DNA of 61,686 nt from a bacterium. Its GTDB lineage: Bacteria; Sysuimicrobiota; Sysuimicrobiia; Sysuimicrobiales; Humicultoraceae. Positions 44,491-52,421 of this stretch are shown here, in pieces (position 1 is the first letter of the stretch; every line of letters begins with the position of its first letter). A model generated the notes under the pieces. The model had not been told where the DNA came from and ran no database searches. It was given only the letters and a program-made list of their open reading frames with translations. Both the position numbers and the translations under genes were made by a program. The DNA lies in assembly GCA_030018905.1 (NCBI GenBank), contig JASEHJ010000001.1, forward strand, positions 1-61,686, given 5' to 3'.

Positions 44491-45515
44491 TGGTTGTGAA
44501 CAACGTACTGGCGGCGATAGCCGCGTTTGGCGCCATGATCTTCGTGCACGAGTTAGGGCATTTCCTGATGGCCCGCCGCGCCGGCGTGCGCGTCCACGTA
44601 TTCGCCCTGGGGTTTGGTCCCCAGATTGTAGGCTGGCAGCGAGGCGGGACGAGATACTCCATTAACCTCATACCCCTGGGCGGTTTCGTGCGCATGGAGG
44701 GCGAGGACAGCCAGGGCGGCAGCGGCCCGGATAGCTTCAACTCCAAGCGCGTCGGCGCCCGGATGGCGATCATTGCCGCCGGCCCGATAATGAACCTGCT
44801 GATGGCCGTGGTCATCCTGGCCGTGGCCGCCGGAACCGGGGGGATCCCGGCAGGACCCAGCGCGCGCATCGGCACGGTTGAGGGTGGATGGCCGGCAGCG
44901 GCCGCCGGGCTCCGGAGCGGCGATCTGATCGTTTCCATAGACGGCGTCGCCATGCCGGACGGCGAGCGCGTCATCGAGACGATCCACCGCAGTGCCGGCC
45001 GGCCGTTGGAGCTACGCGTGCTCCGTGGTACGCAAGAACTCGCGGTGACCGTTACTCCTCGGTTGGACCCGGCGCGCGGGGTCGGCCGGATTGGGTTCTC
45101 ACCCGAGCCGCTCTGGAAGCGCCTTGGTCCTCCGGCGGCCCTCGCCTGGGGCGTGGAGCGGACGGGACAGCTATTGGCCACGGTGAGCGGGGCCCTGGTG
45201 TCGTTGACCCGCGAGCGCAAGCTCCTTGAGAGTTTGGGAGGACCCGTGGCCGCCGGCAGCATCCTGGCGCAGGCGGCAGACTCAGGCGCGCAGATGTTCT
45301 TCCACGTGGCCGCGTTTCTCAGCGTGATCATCGGGTTCTTCAACCTGCTTCCCCTGCCGGCGCTGGATGGAGGCCGCCTGGCGTTCCTGCTGGTGGAGGC
45401 GGTGCGCCGGCGTCCACTCGATCCGCGCCGGGAGGGCCTGGTGCACATGATCGGTTTCGCCTTGCTGCTGTTGCTTCTGGTAGGGCTGACCGTCCGTGAC
45501 GTCGCTCGACTGTAA
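44487..45515 (+). CDS. rseP: RIP (site-2) zinc metalloprotease RseP/RasP, M50 family
   Basis: HELGHFLMA HExxH in TM1, an internal PDZ-like segment, and the C-terminal NLLPLPALDGG motif. Confidence 0.9.
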   Translation: MMVVNNVLAAIAAFGAMIFVHELGHFLMARRAGVRVHVFALGFGPQIVGWQRGGTRYSINLIPLGGFVRMEGEDSQGGSGPDSFNSKRVGARMAIIAAGPIMNLLMAVVILAVAAGTGGIPAGPSARIGTVEGGWPAAAAGLRSGDLIVSIDGVAMPDGERVIETIHRSAGRPLELRVLRGTQELAVTVTPRLDPARGVGRIGFSPEPLWKRLGPPAALAWGVERTGQLLATVSGALVSLTRERKLLESLGGPVAAGSILAQAADSGAQMFFHVAAFLSVIIGFFNLLPLPALDGGRLAFLLVEAVRRRPLDPRREGLVHMIGFALLLLLLVGLTVRDVARL

Positions 45516-45520
45516 TAACG

Positions 45521-46606
45521 ATGCACCGTCTGCTGACCAGGAAGGTGAAGATCGGACCGGTGGAGATAGGCGGCGGCGCGCCGGTGGCCGTGCAGTCCAT
45601 GACCGTCACCGACACGCGGAACGTTGAGGCAACGCTGGCTCAGATCTACCAGCTCGCCGCCGAGGGATGCGAGATCGTGCGGCTTGCCGTCCCCGATGCC
45701 GAAGCCGCCGCGGCGCTGCCTCAGATCAAATCCAGGAGCCCGCTGCCGGTGGTCGCCGACATCCACTTCGACCACCGCCTGGCCCTCCTGGCCCTGGAGG
45801 CCGGGGTGGACAAGCTGCGCATCAACCCGGGCAACATAGGCAGCCGCGAACGCACTCGGATCGTGGCGCGCGAAGCCAGGGATCGAGGGATCCCGATCCG
45901 CATCGGTGTCAACGTGGGCTCGCTGTCCAAGGCCGCGCTGCGGAAGTTCGGCGGGCCCTGCGCGGGCGCGCTCGTGGAGAGCGCCCTGGAAGATGTGCGG
46001 GTTCTGGAGGACCTGGAGTTCCACGACATCGTTGTTTCCGTCAAGGCGTCCGACGTGCCGATGATGATCGAGGCATACACGGCTCTCGGCGAGCAGACCC
46101 GCTATCCGTTGCACTTGGGTGTGACGGAGGCCGGCACCGCATGGGCCGGCGGGTTGAAGTCCGCGGTGGGAATCGGGACGGTGTTGGCCCAGGGGATCGG
46201 GGACACGATACGTGTGTCGCTGGCGGCCGATCCCGTGGAGGAGGTACGGGTCGCATATGAGATTCTTAAGAGCCTGGGGTTGCGCTCGCGCGGGGTGCAG
46301 TTCGTGGCATGCCCGTCCTGCGGTCGTGCCGAGGTGGACATCATCCGGATCGCCCAGGAAGTAGAGCAGCGCCTCCGCCACATCTCGGCTCCCGTGAAGG
46401 TGGCGGTGATGGGGTGCGCGGTGAACGGACCGGGCGAGGCACGCATGGCCGACGTCGGCGTGGCCTGCGGACGGGGGATGGGGTTGATCTTCAGAGACGG
46501 GAAGATCGTGGCCAGCCTTCCGGAAGACCAGTTGGTTGACGCGCTCATGGAAACGGTCTGGGCGATTGCCCGCGAGCGGTACGGCGCGGTAGGGCCTGCT
46601 CCGTGA
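45521..46606 (+). CDS. ispG: 4-hydroxy-3-methylbut-2-en-1-yl diphosphate synthase
   Basis: VKIGPVEIGGGAPVAVQSMT, RINPGNIG, and the CPSCGR Fe-S Cys motif. Confidence 0.95.
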   Translation: MHRLLTRKVKIGPVEIGGGAPVAVQSMTVTDTRNVEATLAQIYQLAAEGCEIVRLAVPDAEAAAALPQIKSRSPLPVVADIHFDHRLALLALEAGVDKLRINPGNIGSRERTRIVAREARDRGIPIRIGVNVGSLSKAALRKFGGPCAGALVESALEDVRVLEDLEFHDIVVSVKASDVPMMIEAYTALGEQTRYPLHLGVTEAGTAWAGGLKSAVGIGTVLAQGIGDTIRVSLAADPVEEVRVAYEILKSLGLRSRGVQFVACPSCGRAEVDIIRIAQEVEQRLRHISAPVKVAVMGCAVNGPGEARMADVGVACGRGMGLIFRDGKIVASLPEDQLVDALMETVWAIARERYGAVGPAP

Positions 46607-47271
46607 TCCCGCTGCGGGACAGCACCCGCTCCGCGTCGCCGCCCGCGGTCGTCTACAGCCTCATCGCCGCGTGCGTCGGTGCCTTCCTCTACGCCGAGAG
46701 CCTGGGCGGCGGCGCACAGATGGCTCTCTACGCCTCCCTGGGCGCGGTTCCCAAGGCCGTGACCGGCGGGCCGTGGCCCGATGCCTGGCTGGGCCTGATT
46801 ACCTCGATCTTCCTGCACGGTAGCTGGGCGCACCTGGGCGGGAACATGCTCTATCTCTGGATCTTCGGGGACAACGTGGAAGACGCGATGGGGCACGGCC
46901 GGTTCCTGGCGTTCTATCTCGTCACCGGCGTGATCGCGGGGCTGGCGCACGTGATCACAGCGCCCTCCTCAACCGTGCCCCTGATAGGCGCGAGCGGTGC
47001 GATCGCCGGGGTGCTCGGTGCCTACATTGTCCTCTACCCGAGGGCGCGGATCCTGTCCTTGCTGATTCTGGGGATCTTCGTTCGGCTGGCGGAGCTGCCG
47101 GCGGTGCTTGTGCTCTCCCTCTGGTTCGTTCTCCAGTTGCTGTCGGGCGTGGTAGCGTTGGGAGCTCCCGGGATTACCACGGTGGCCTGGTGGGCGCACA
47201 TAGGCGGATTCCTGGCCGGCGTAGTGCTCGTGCCCGCGTTCGCCAGGCGCCGCGGCATCCGTCTGGAGTAA
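46603..47271 (+). CDS. Rhomboid-family intramembrane serine protease
   Basis: HGSWAHLGGNMLYLWIFG and GASGAIAGVLGAY (catalytic Ser), plus a downstream His (WWAHIGGF). Start overlaps the ispG stop. Confidence 0.9.
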   Translation: MIPLRDSTRSASPPAVVYSLIAACVGAFLYAESLGGGAQMALYASLGAVPKAVTGGPWPDAWLGLITSIFLHGSWAHLGGNMLYLWIFGDNVEDAMGHGRFLAFYLVTGVIAGLAHVITAPSSTVPLIGASGAIAGVLGAYIVLYPRARILSLLILGIFVRLAELPAVLVLSLWFVLQLLSGVVALGAPGITTVAWWAHIGGFLAGVVLVPAFARRRGIRLE

Positions 47272-47309
47272 CCCGAGGCCCACGGTCGCTTCTCGCGCTC
47301 TGTCGGTTC

Positions 47310-47318
47310 TGCTATAGT
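47310..47318 (+). promoter_or_regulatory. Candidate extended -10 promoter of the SAM synthetase gene
   Basis: TGCTATAGT at 47310-47318, 42 nt upstream of ATG 47360. The -35 (TTCTCG) is weak. Confidence 0.4.
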
Positions 47319-47359
47319 GTGGCGCGTGGCCCACACCGGGTCTGCTAAGGAGGGTGAGA

Positions 47360-48565
47360 ATGCGCAACATTACCGTGGACGTTCTGTCCCGCACGCCTGT
47401 AGCCCGCCACAAGGTCGAGATCGTGGAACGCAAGGGGGTCGGTCATCCCGACTCGATCTGCGACGCGATCATGGAGCGGGTCTCGATAGCGCTGAGCCGC
47501 GAATACCTGCAGCGCTTCGGCCGTATTCTGCACCACAACATTGATAAGGCGTTCCTGGTGGCCGGCAACGCGGAGATTCGGTTGGGGGGGGGCGTTGTAA
47601 CCGAGCCGATGCGGCTGATCTTCGGTGATAGGGCGACCGCTTTTGCCAACGGTGAGGAGATCCCGGTTGAAGAGATCGCGGTGGACACCGCCAAGGCATG
47701 GATTCGGGAGAACCTGCGGTTCGTGGACTCCGAGAAGCACGTTGCCTACGACGTCCAGATCAAGCCCGGCGCCCCAGAGCTGGTTGACATATTTCAGCGT
47801 GAGGGCGCGCCCGTGGCCAACGATACCTCCGCCGCCGTGGGTTATGCGCCGCTTACGCCCACCGAGCAGGCCGTGCTGGACATCGAGCGCCTGATGAACT
47901 CCCGCACCTTCAAGGAGCACTTCCCCGAGGTGGGAGAGGATATCAAGGTGATGGGATTCCGGCAGGGGGACGAGCTTCATCTGACAGCGGCGGTAGCCTT
48001 TGTGGACCGGTTCGTTGACAGTGAGGCCACCTACATTCGTAGGAAGGCCGAGCTGCACGCGGCCGTATCAGACCGGTTGGCAGCGATGCAATCCTTCGCC
48101 AAGGCGCAGCTCTACCTGAACACGCTCGACGAGCCCGGCCGCGGAATCGGAGGCATGTACCTGACCGTGACAGGCACCTCCGCCGAGAGTGGTGACTCGG
48201 GCCAGGTGGGACGCGGGAACAAAGTCAACGGCGTGATAGCGCTGAACCGCCCGATGGGGACCGAGGCCGCAGCCGGCAAGAACCCTGTGTCGCACGTCGG
48301 CAAGATCTACACGATCCTGACGCACCAGGTGGCCAACAAGATCTACCGTGACGTCCCCGGCATTGATGAGGTCTACGTATGGCTGCTCAGCCAGATTGGA
48401 TCACCCGTGGACCAGCCCAAGGTAGCCGCGGCCCAGCTTGTGCTGGCGCGGCACGCCCGCCGCAGCACGGTGGAACGACGGGTGCGCGAGATCCTCGACT
48501 ATGAACTGGCGAACATCCGACAGCTGTCGCAGGATCTTGCCGAGGGACGCTACCCGGTCTGCTGA
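47360..48565 (+). CDS. Archaeal-type S-adenosylmethionine synthetase (methionine adenosyltransferase)
   Basis: N-terminus MRNITVD...[26 protein letters not shown] and a length of about 400 aa match the archaeal MAT family, not bacterial MetK. AAGGAGGG precedes ATG 47360. Confidence 0.8.
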   Translation: MRNITVDVLSRTPVARHKVEIVERKGVGHPDSICDAIMERVSIALSREYLQRFGRILHHNIDKAFLVAGNAEIRLGGGVVTEPMRLIFGDRATAFANGEEIPVEEIAVDTAKAWIRENLRFVDSEKHVAYDVQIKPGAPELVDIFQREGAPVANDTSAAVGYAPLTPTEQAVLDIERLMNSRTFKEHFPEVGEDIKVMGFRQGDELHLTAAVAFVDRFVDSEATYIRRKAELHAAVSDRLAAMQSFAKAQLYLNTLDEPGRGIGGMYLTVTGTSAESGDSGQVGRGNKVNGVIALNRPMGTEAAAGKNPVSHVGKIYTILTHQVANKIYRDVPGIDEVYVWLLSQIGSPVDQPKVAAAQLVLARHARRSTVERRVREILDYELANIRQLSQDLAEGRYPVC

Positions 48566-49634
48566 GGGCCATCGGCCCCCCGGAGGGGCCGCCGTCTTCC
48601 TGTTGGTGGCGGCGCTGGCTGTCGTTGCTTCGGGCTGCCAGGTGCACCGGCGCGCAGCGCCCATCGGCATTGGACTGCTACAGGTCGCCGATGTCGTGCG
48701 CGCCACCGACAGGCCTGCGCTGAGCCCCCTGGTCTGGTCGCCGGAGGGCGGGCGGTTTGCCTACGGCAGCCGCGACGGCGTCTGGGTCCATCACGTTGGC
48801 GATGCGGCCGGCAAGAAGATCGCGCCTGGCGAGGCGGTTACGGCCCTGGCATGGTCACCGGCCGATGGCACGCTGGTCTACGTTGACCGCGGCACCCTCT
48901 GGACCGTTCAGTCAGACGGAAGCCACCGGCGCCGGATTCCCATCAAGGGGATTGCCGCCAGCCCAACCTGGGCGCCGGGAGGCGACCGGTTCGTCTTTGT
49001 CGTACGGGCGGTGGGAGCCGGCCTCGCGCCTGCGCAACTGTGGGTCGCCGGCTCCGACGGCGCCGCGCCTCAGCAGATCCGGTGGCAGCCAATGGGGCGT
49101 CACATCGGGGCTCTGGGTTGGTTCCCGGACTCGTTGCATCTCTTCGTAGGGTTGACCGCGCAGGGTGGTGAGGCAACGGTTGAGTGGTGGCAGGTGCGCA
49201 CGGCCTACCCCGATTCCCGCCGGCTATCAGGACCACAGGTTCCGGTGGTGGAGACGGCCCTCTCCCCCTCGGGCGAGTGGGTGGCGTTCGTTGCCGGGAG
49301 TCCAGGCGCGGAACGCGCCCATGTTGTCCGCGGCGGCGGCGGCGGCCTGACCCCGGTCTCGCCCTCTGCCCGGCGTCTGAGCGGTCTGGCCTGGTCCTCC
49401 CACGGGGAGAAGCTGGCATACGCGTTGATGCGGGACGAGGTGGCGGCCGAGATCTACGCGACCTCGGTTTCGCGCGCAAACCCGTTGCTGGTGGCCAGCT
49501 ACCGCATCGAGTTCCCGGACCCGGCCGTTGCCCTATCCCTGGCGTGGTCGCCCGACGATGCCCGTCTGGCTTTCGGCACAAATACCGGAACTCACACCGG
49601 ACCGATCTGGTTAGTTCGGTTCCGGACGCGGTAG
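48501..49634 (+). CDS. Lipoprotein with TolB-like PD40/beta-propeller repeats
   Basis: Lipobox LAVVASGC after a hydrophobic stretch, and repeated WSP.G..(F/L)(A/V)Y motifs (VWSPEGGRFAYGS, LAWSPADGTLVYV, PTWAPGGDRFVFV, LAWSSHGEKLAYA, LAWSPDDARLAFG). The start is uncertain: ATG 48501 overlaps the MAT gene by 65 nt, and TTG 48537 is an alternative. Confidence 0.65.
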   Translation: MNWRTSDSCRRILPRDATRSAEGHRPPGGAAVFLLVAALAVVASGCQVHRRAAPIGIGLLQVADVVRATDRPALSPLVWSPEGGRFAYGSRDGVWVHHVGDAAGKKIAPGEAVTALAWSPADGTLVYVDRGTLWTVQSDGSHRRRIPIKGIAASPTWAPGGDRFVFVVRAVGAGLAPAQLWVAGSDGAAPQQIRWQPMGRHIGALGWFPDSLHLFVGLTAQGGEATVEWWQVRTAYPDSRRLSGPQVPVVETALSPSGEWVAFVAGSPGAERAHVVRGGGGGLTPVSPSARRLSGLAWSSHGEKLAYALMRDEVAAEIYATSVSRANPLLVASYRIEFPDPAVALSLAWSPDDARLAFGTNTGTHTGPIWLVRFRTR

Positions 49635-49659
49635 GGACAGGCCTGATCGCGCCCCGGGG

Positions 49660-49688
49660 TTGACATCGCCGGCAGTCCCCAGAATAAT
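49660..49688 (+). promoter_or_regulatory. Near-consensus sigma-70-type promoter ahead of the FmdB-to-LarA-like operon
   Basis: TTGACA (49660-49665), 17-nt spacer, AATAAT (49683-49688). It is the best promoter match seen in the window. Confidence 0.6.
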
Positions 49689-49738
49689 GAGGAACGATTC
49701 AGCGTTACTACTTGTGGACTACCATGGAGAAGGACCAG

Positions 49739-50011
49739 ATGCCGATCTATGAATACCGCTGCACGCGGTGCCAGCACGGTTTCGAGAGCTTCCATCCTGC
49801 GGGTGTGCCCGCACCTGGTTGTCCGCAGTGTGGTGGGGTTGTCCGGAAGGTATACTCCTCGGTTGGCCTGATCTTCAAGGGCAGCGGGTTTCACAGCACC
49901 GACTACCGCAAGAGTGCGCCGTCCGGCAACGGCGACGCCGCACCGAAAGACTCCGCCAGCACTTCTGGGGCCACGCCGCCATCCGCGCCGGCCGCTTCCG
50001 AGAAGTCCTAG
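49739..50011 (+). CDS. FmdB-family zinc-ribbon protein
   Basis: MPIYEYRCTRCQHGFE...CPQCGG (CxxC...CxxC) with a low-complexity tail. GGAGAAGGA precedes ATG 49739. Confidence 0.8.
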   Translation: MPIYEYRCTRCQHGFESFHPAGVPAPGCPQCGGVVRKVYSSVGLIFKGSGFHSTDYRKSAPSGNGDAAPKDSASTSGATPPSAPAASEKS

Positions 50012-50043
50012 GGAAAGACCACTCCGGTTTATTAGGCTTCCGG

Positions 50044-51663
50044 GTGACATCTGCGGCCATCGCCGTCCTGGCGGTGGTCGCGTTTGCCGTCCCTGTCCAT
50101 GCCGCCCCTGACCGCCTGCTGACCGTCGCGAGCCTTGGCTACGATGGTCGAGTGCGGCTGGGCGCCTGGACCCCAGTGTGGATTGATCTGGTAGCCCCAC
50201 CCGGCGGCGTGGACGGAATGCTGCAGATTGAAACCTCCGGTCCCTCGGGCCAGGCCGGCACGAGCTTCGCCGTACCGGTGCGGGCGACTCCGGGCGCCCT
50301 CCTGAGGGTGTTCGTGCCGGTCCTCTTCAACAATGCGCGTTCGCCCGGCACCGTGCGGCTTCACGACCGACTGGGGCAGGTGGCGTCGCTGCCTCTGCCG
50401 CGCCTGCAGCCCATGGACGAGATCGTGGCGGTGCTCTCTGCCGAGCCGTTGGGCGTCGAGGGGGTCGCGGGGCGCCTGGCCGGCCTTGGGGTGGCCCAAA
50501 TAGAACCGGAGGCGTTGCCGCCGGTGTGGCAGGCCTACCAGGCGGTTCGGCTTCTGGTGGTCCGGGATCTGGATGAGCGTCGGGTCACCGATCAGCAGCG
50601 CCAGGCAATCCTCCAATGGGTGTGGTCAGGAGGCCGGCTGCTGGCAATGCCGTCAGGAGACGACGTGCGCCACCTGCGCGGTCCGACCCTGGGACCCCTG
50701 CTAGCGCGCGCCGGCGGCGGCGTGGGACTCGGCAGAGCAACGGTGTGGGATCACGACGCCGCCCTGCCTGAGCACCGCGGCCGGCCTATCCAAGAGCGGG
50801 CATGGGAGCGAGTCTTGGCAGGCGACCTCCTGCCTGTGGCGCCGGGCCTGGAGATCACGGTGCCACAGGACCGCGGCGTCCTTCCGCGTACCCAGGCAGC
50901 GATCGGGATGCTGGTTCTTGCGTACGTGCTGGCAGCGCGCAGGCTCAGCCGGTTCCTCGCCGGGCTCCGGCCTGTGAGCGTGGTCGCGACCGTCCTGGTG
51001 CTGGCGGTTGCCACCGGTGCAGCGGTATGGGTGGCCGCGCTCGCCCGGAGCGCAGCGTCCGGCGTGGTCGCCTCCAGCGTGATCGAGGGGCTGCCGGGAA
51101 CCGGCCACGGCCTGCTTGCGGTGGCCGCCAGATCGGCTTATGTGGACGGTGAGGGCGCCGCCGTGGTCGGCGGACGGGACCTGCTGCTGCGCCCGTCTGT
51201 CCCGGCCCGGCTTCGCGTGGTGCACTCTGACGAAACCTCCGTAGAGGGCGGCGCCAGGGGTGTGCTTCTCACCGGCACCGCGATCGTACCGTTGTCGATC
51301 ACCGGGACCTACGCGGCGATGCCTGGAGGGGCCGAGGTCACCGTGGCCAACCGCTCGGGCCACAGGCTGGAGACGGCCTGGGTGTATGCGGCCGGCAGGG
51401 CCCAGGCGATTCCATCGGTGGGGCCCGCAGCGCGGATTGCGCTTGATGACCGGCGGTGGCAGGTCCCTGGAAGGCTCCAGCGCGCCGACCCCAATCCCGC
51501 CCTCCTGGCATGGGCGTTCGCGCGCCTGGAGGCCGGTGCTATACTTAAAGAGGAGCCGGCCTGGTTGCTCGGTTGGATCCGCGACCCTGCGGGCGGATTA
51601 CGCTGGGGCAACCGACCAGAGCCGCCGTTGCAGCTCGTACTGGTACCTCTCTCCGCGCCGTGA
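50044..51663 (+). CDS. Signal-peptide membrane protein with GldG/GATase1-like segment (function unknown)
   Basis: GTG 50044 gives VTSAAIAVLAVVAFAVPVHA. The middle segment AVRLLVVRDLDERRVTDQQRQAILQWVWSGGRLL resembles DUF4350/GldG-type folds. It also has an internal TM pair (IGMLVLAYVLAA..., VVATVLVLAVATGAAVWVAAL). The track start 49768 overlaps the FmdB gene. Confidence 0.45.
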   Translation: MTSAAIAVLAVVAFAVPVHAAPDRLLTVASLGYDGRVRLGAWTPVWIDLVAPPGGVDGMLQIETSGPSGQAGTSFAVPVRATPGALLRVFVPVLFNNARSPGTVRLHDRLGQVASLPLPRLQPMDEIVAVLSAEPLGVEGVAGRLAGLGVAQIEPEALPPVWQAYQAVRLLVVRDLDERRVTDQQRQAILQWVWSGGRLLAMPSGDDVRHLRGPTLGPLLARAGGGVGLGRATVWDHDAALPEHRGRPIQERAWERVLAGDLLPVAPGLEITVPQDRGVLPRTQAAIGMLVLAYVLAARRLSRFLAGLRPVSVVATVLVLAVATGAAVWVAALARSAASGVVASSVIEGLPGTGHGLLAVAARSAYVDGEGAAVVGGRDLLLRPSVPARLRVVHSDETSVEGGARGVLLTGTAIVPLSITGTYAAMPGGAEVTVANRSGHRLETAWVYAAGRAQAIPSVGPAARIALDDRRWQVPGRLQRADPNPALLAWAFARLEAGAILKEEPAWLLGWIRDPAGGLRWGNRPEPPLQLVLVPLSAP

Positions 51664-51683
51664 GCAGCGGCCGAGGTGCGGCC

Positions 51684-52412
51684 ATGCCAGGCATCAACCC
51701 TGTGGCCCGAGGAGATCTGCGAATGCGGCTGGGTACCTCCCAGGGTATCTGGACGCAGACTGCGCTGTTGGCGGCATGCGGGGCCCTGGTGCTGCTTACG
51801 CTTCCCTCGGAGCCCGGCGCCTTTGGCCTGCGCGACGCCGAGCTTATCTCACTGCTGCTGACGATCCAGATGCTGGCGGTTACCTACCTGTCCTCGGCCG
51901 TCGCTTCCTCTGAGTTGGCGCTGGAGGGAGAGAAGGGAATCCCGGACCTGGCGATGTCAGCGTTCCCCGCGCGGACCATAGCTGCCGGCAAGTGGCTATC
52001 CAGCGCCGGCTACGCTCTCTACCTGGTCGCGATCCTGCTTCCGCTGGTGGTGCTGGGCACCGCCTTGCGCGGCGGACAAATGGCAACGGTCGCCTGGGCC
52101 GGAGTGCTGACCGTGGTCGTCGCCACGGCCGCAGGGGTTTGGGGGGCGTGGCTGGGCGGATGCTTCGACTCGGAGTTCGCGCGCACCATGGTGCACTGGG
52201 GAGCCCTGGCCGCGTTGTTCGGCGGGACGGCGGTCTTGCCCGACCCGTTGTGGGCGGCCAGTCCAATCCGTACGGTGAACCTCTTGGTGCACAGCGGGTG
52301 GCAATGGTGGATGGGCGTTGTAGGCACGGTCTATCTGGCTATCTCGGTCCTGGGCGTTCGCCTGATCGCCCTTCAGGTGGAGGCAGCGCGGGCCGAGGGC
52401 CGTGGCGGGTAG
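51684..52412 (+). CDS. ABC-2-type (GldF/NosY-like) six-helix permease, no cognate ATPase in window
   Basis: Hydrophobic profile plus the ...SSELALEGEKGIPDLAMSAFPARTIAAGKW... pattern typical of the ExE..T..L loop of ABC-2 permeases. ATG 51684 follows the upstream stop. Confidence 0.5.
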   Translation: MPGINPVARGDLRMRLGTSQGIWTQTALLAACGALVLLTLPSEPGAFGLRDAELISLLLTIQMLAVTYLSSAVASSELALEGEKGIPDLAMSAFPARTIAAGKWLSSAGYALYLVAILLPLVVLGTALRGGQMATVAWAGVLTVVVATAAGVWGAWLGGCFDSEFARTMVHWGALAALFGGTAVLPDPLWAASPIRTVNLLVHSGWQWWMGVVGTVYLAISVLGVRLIALQVEAARAEGRGG

Positions 52413-52421
52413 GACTCGAGC

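Noticed and set aside
44354-46381. A 675-aa ORF antisense to rseP and ispG. Similar cases occur at 869-2272, 4019-5377, 6397-7902, 7158-8525, 29086-30387 and 55888-57600.
   Set aside because: For the same reason: each overlaps a confidently identified gene on the other strand and translates to low-complexity Arg/Pro/Gly-rich sequence.
47272-47359. A SAM riboswitch upstream of the SAM synthetase gene
   Set aside because: The spacer is only 88 nt, and the likely transcribed leader is about 35 nt. That is too short for SAM-I, and I could not fold a convincing SMK-type SD-sequestering structure. Only a covariance-model scan could settle the compact classes.
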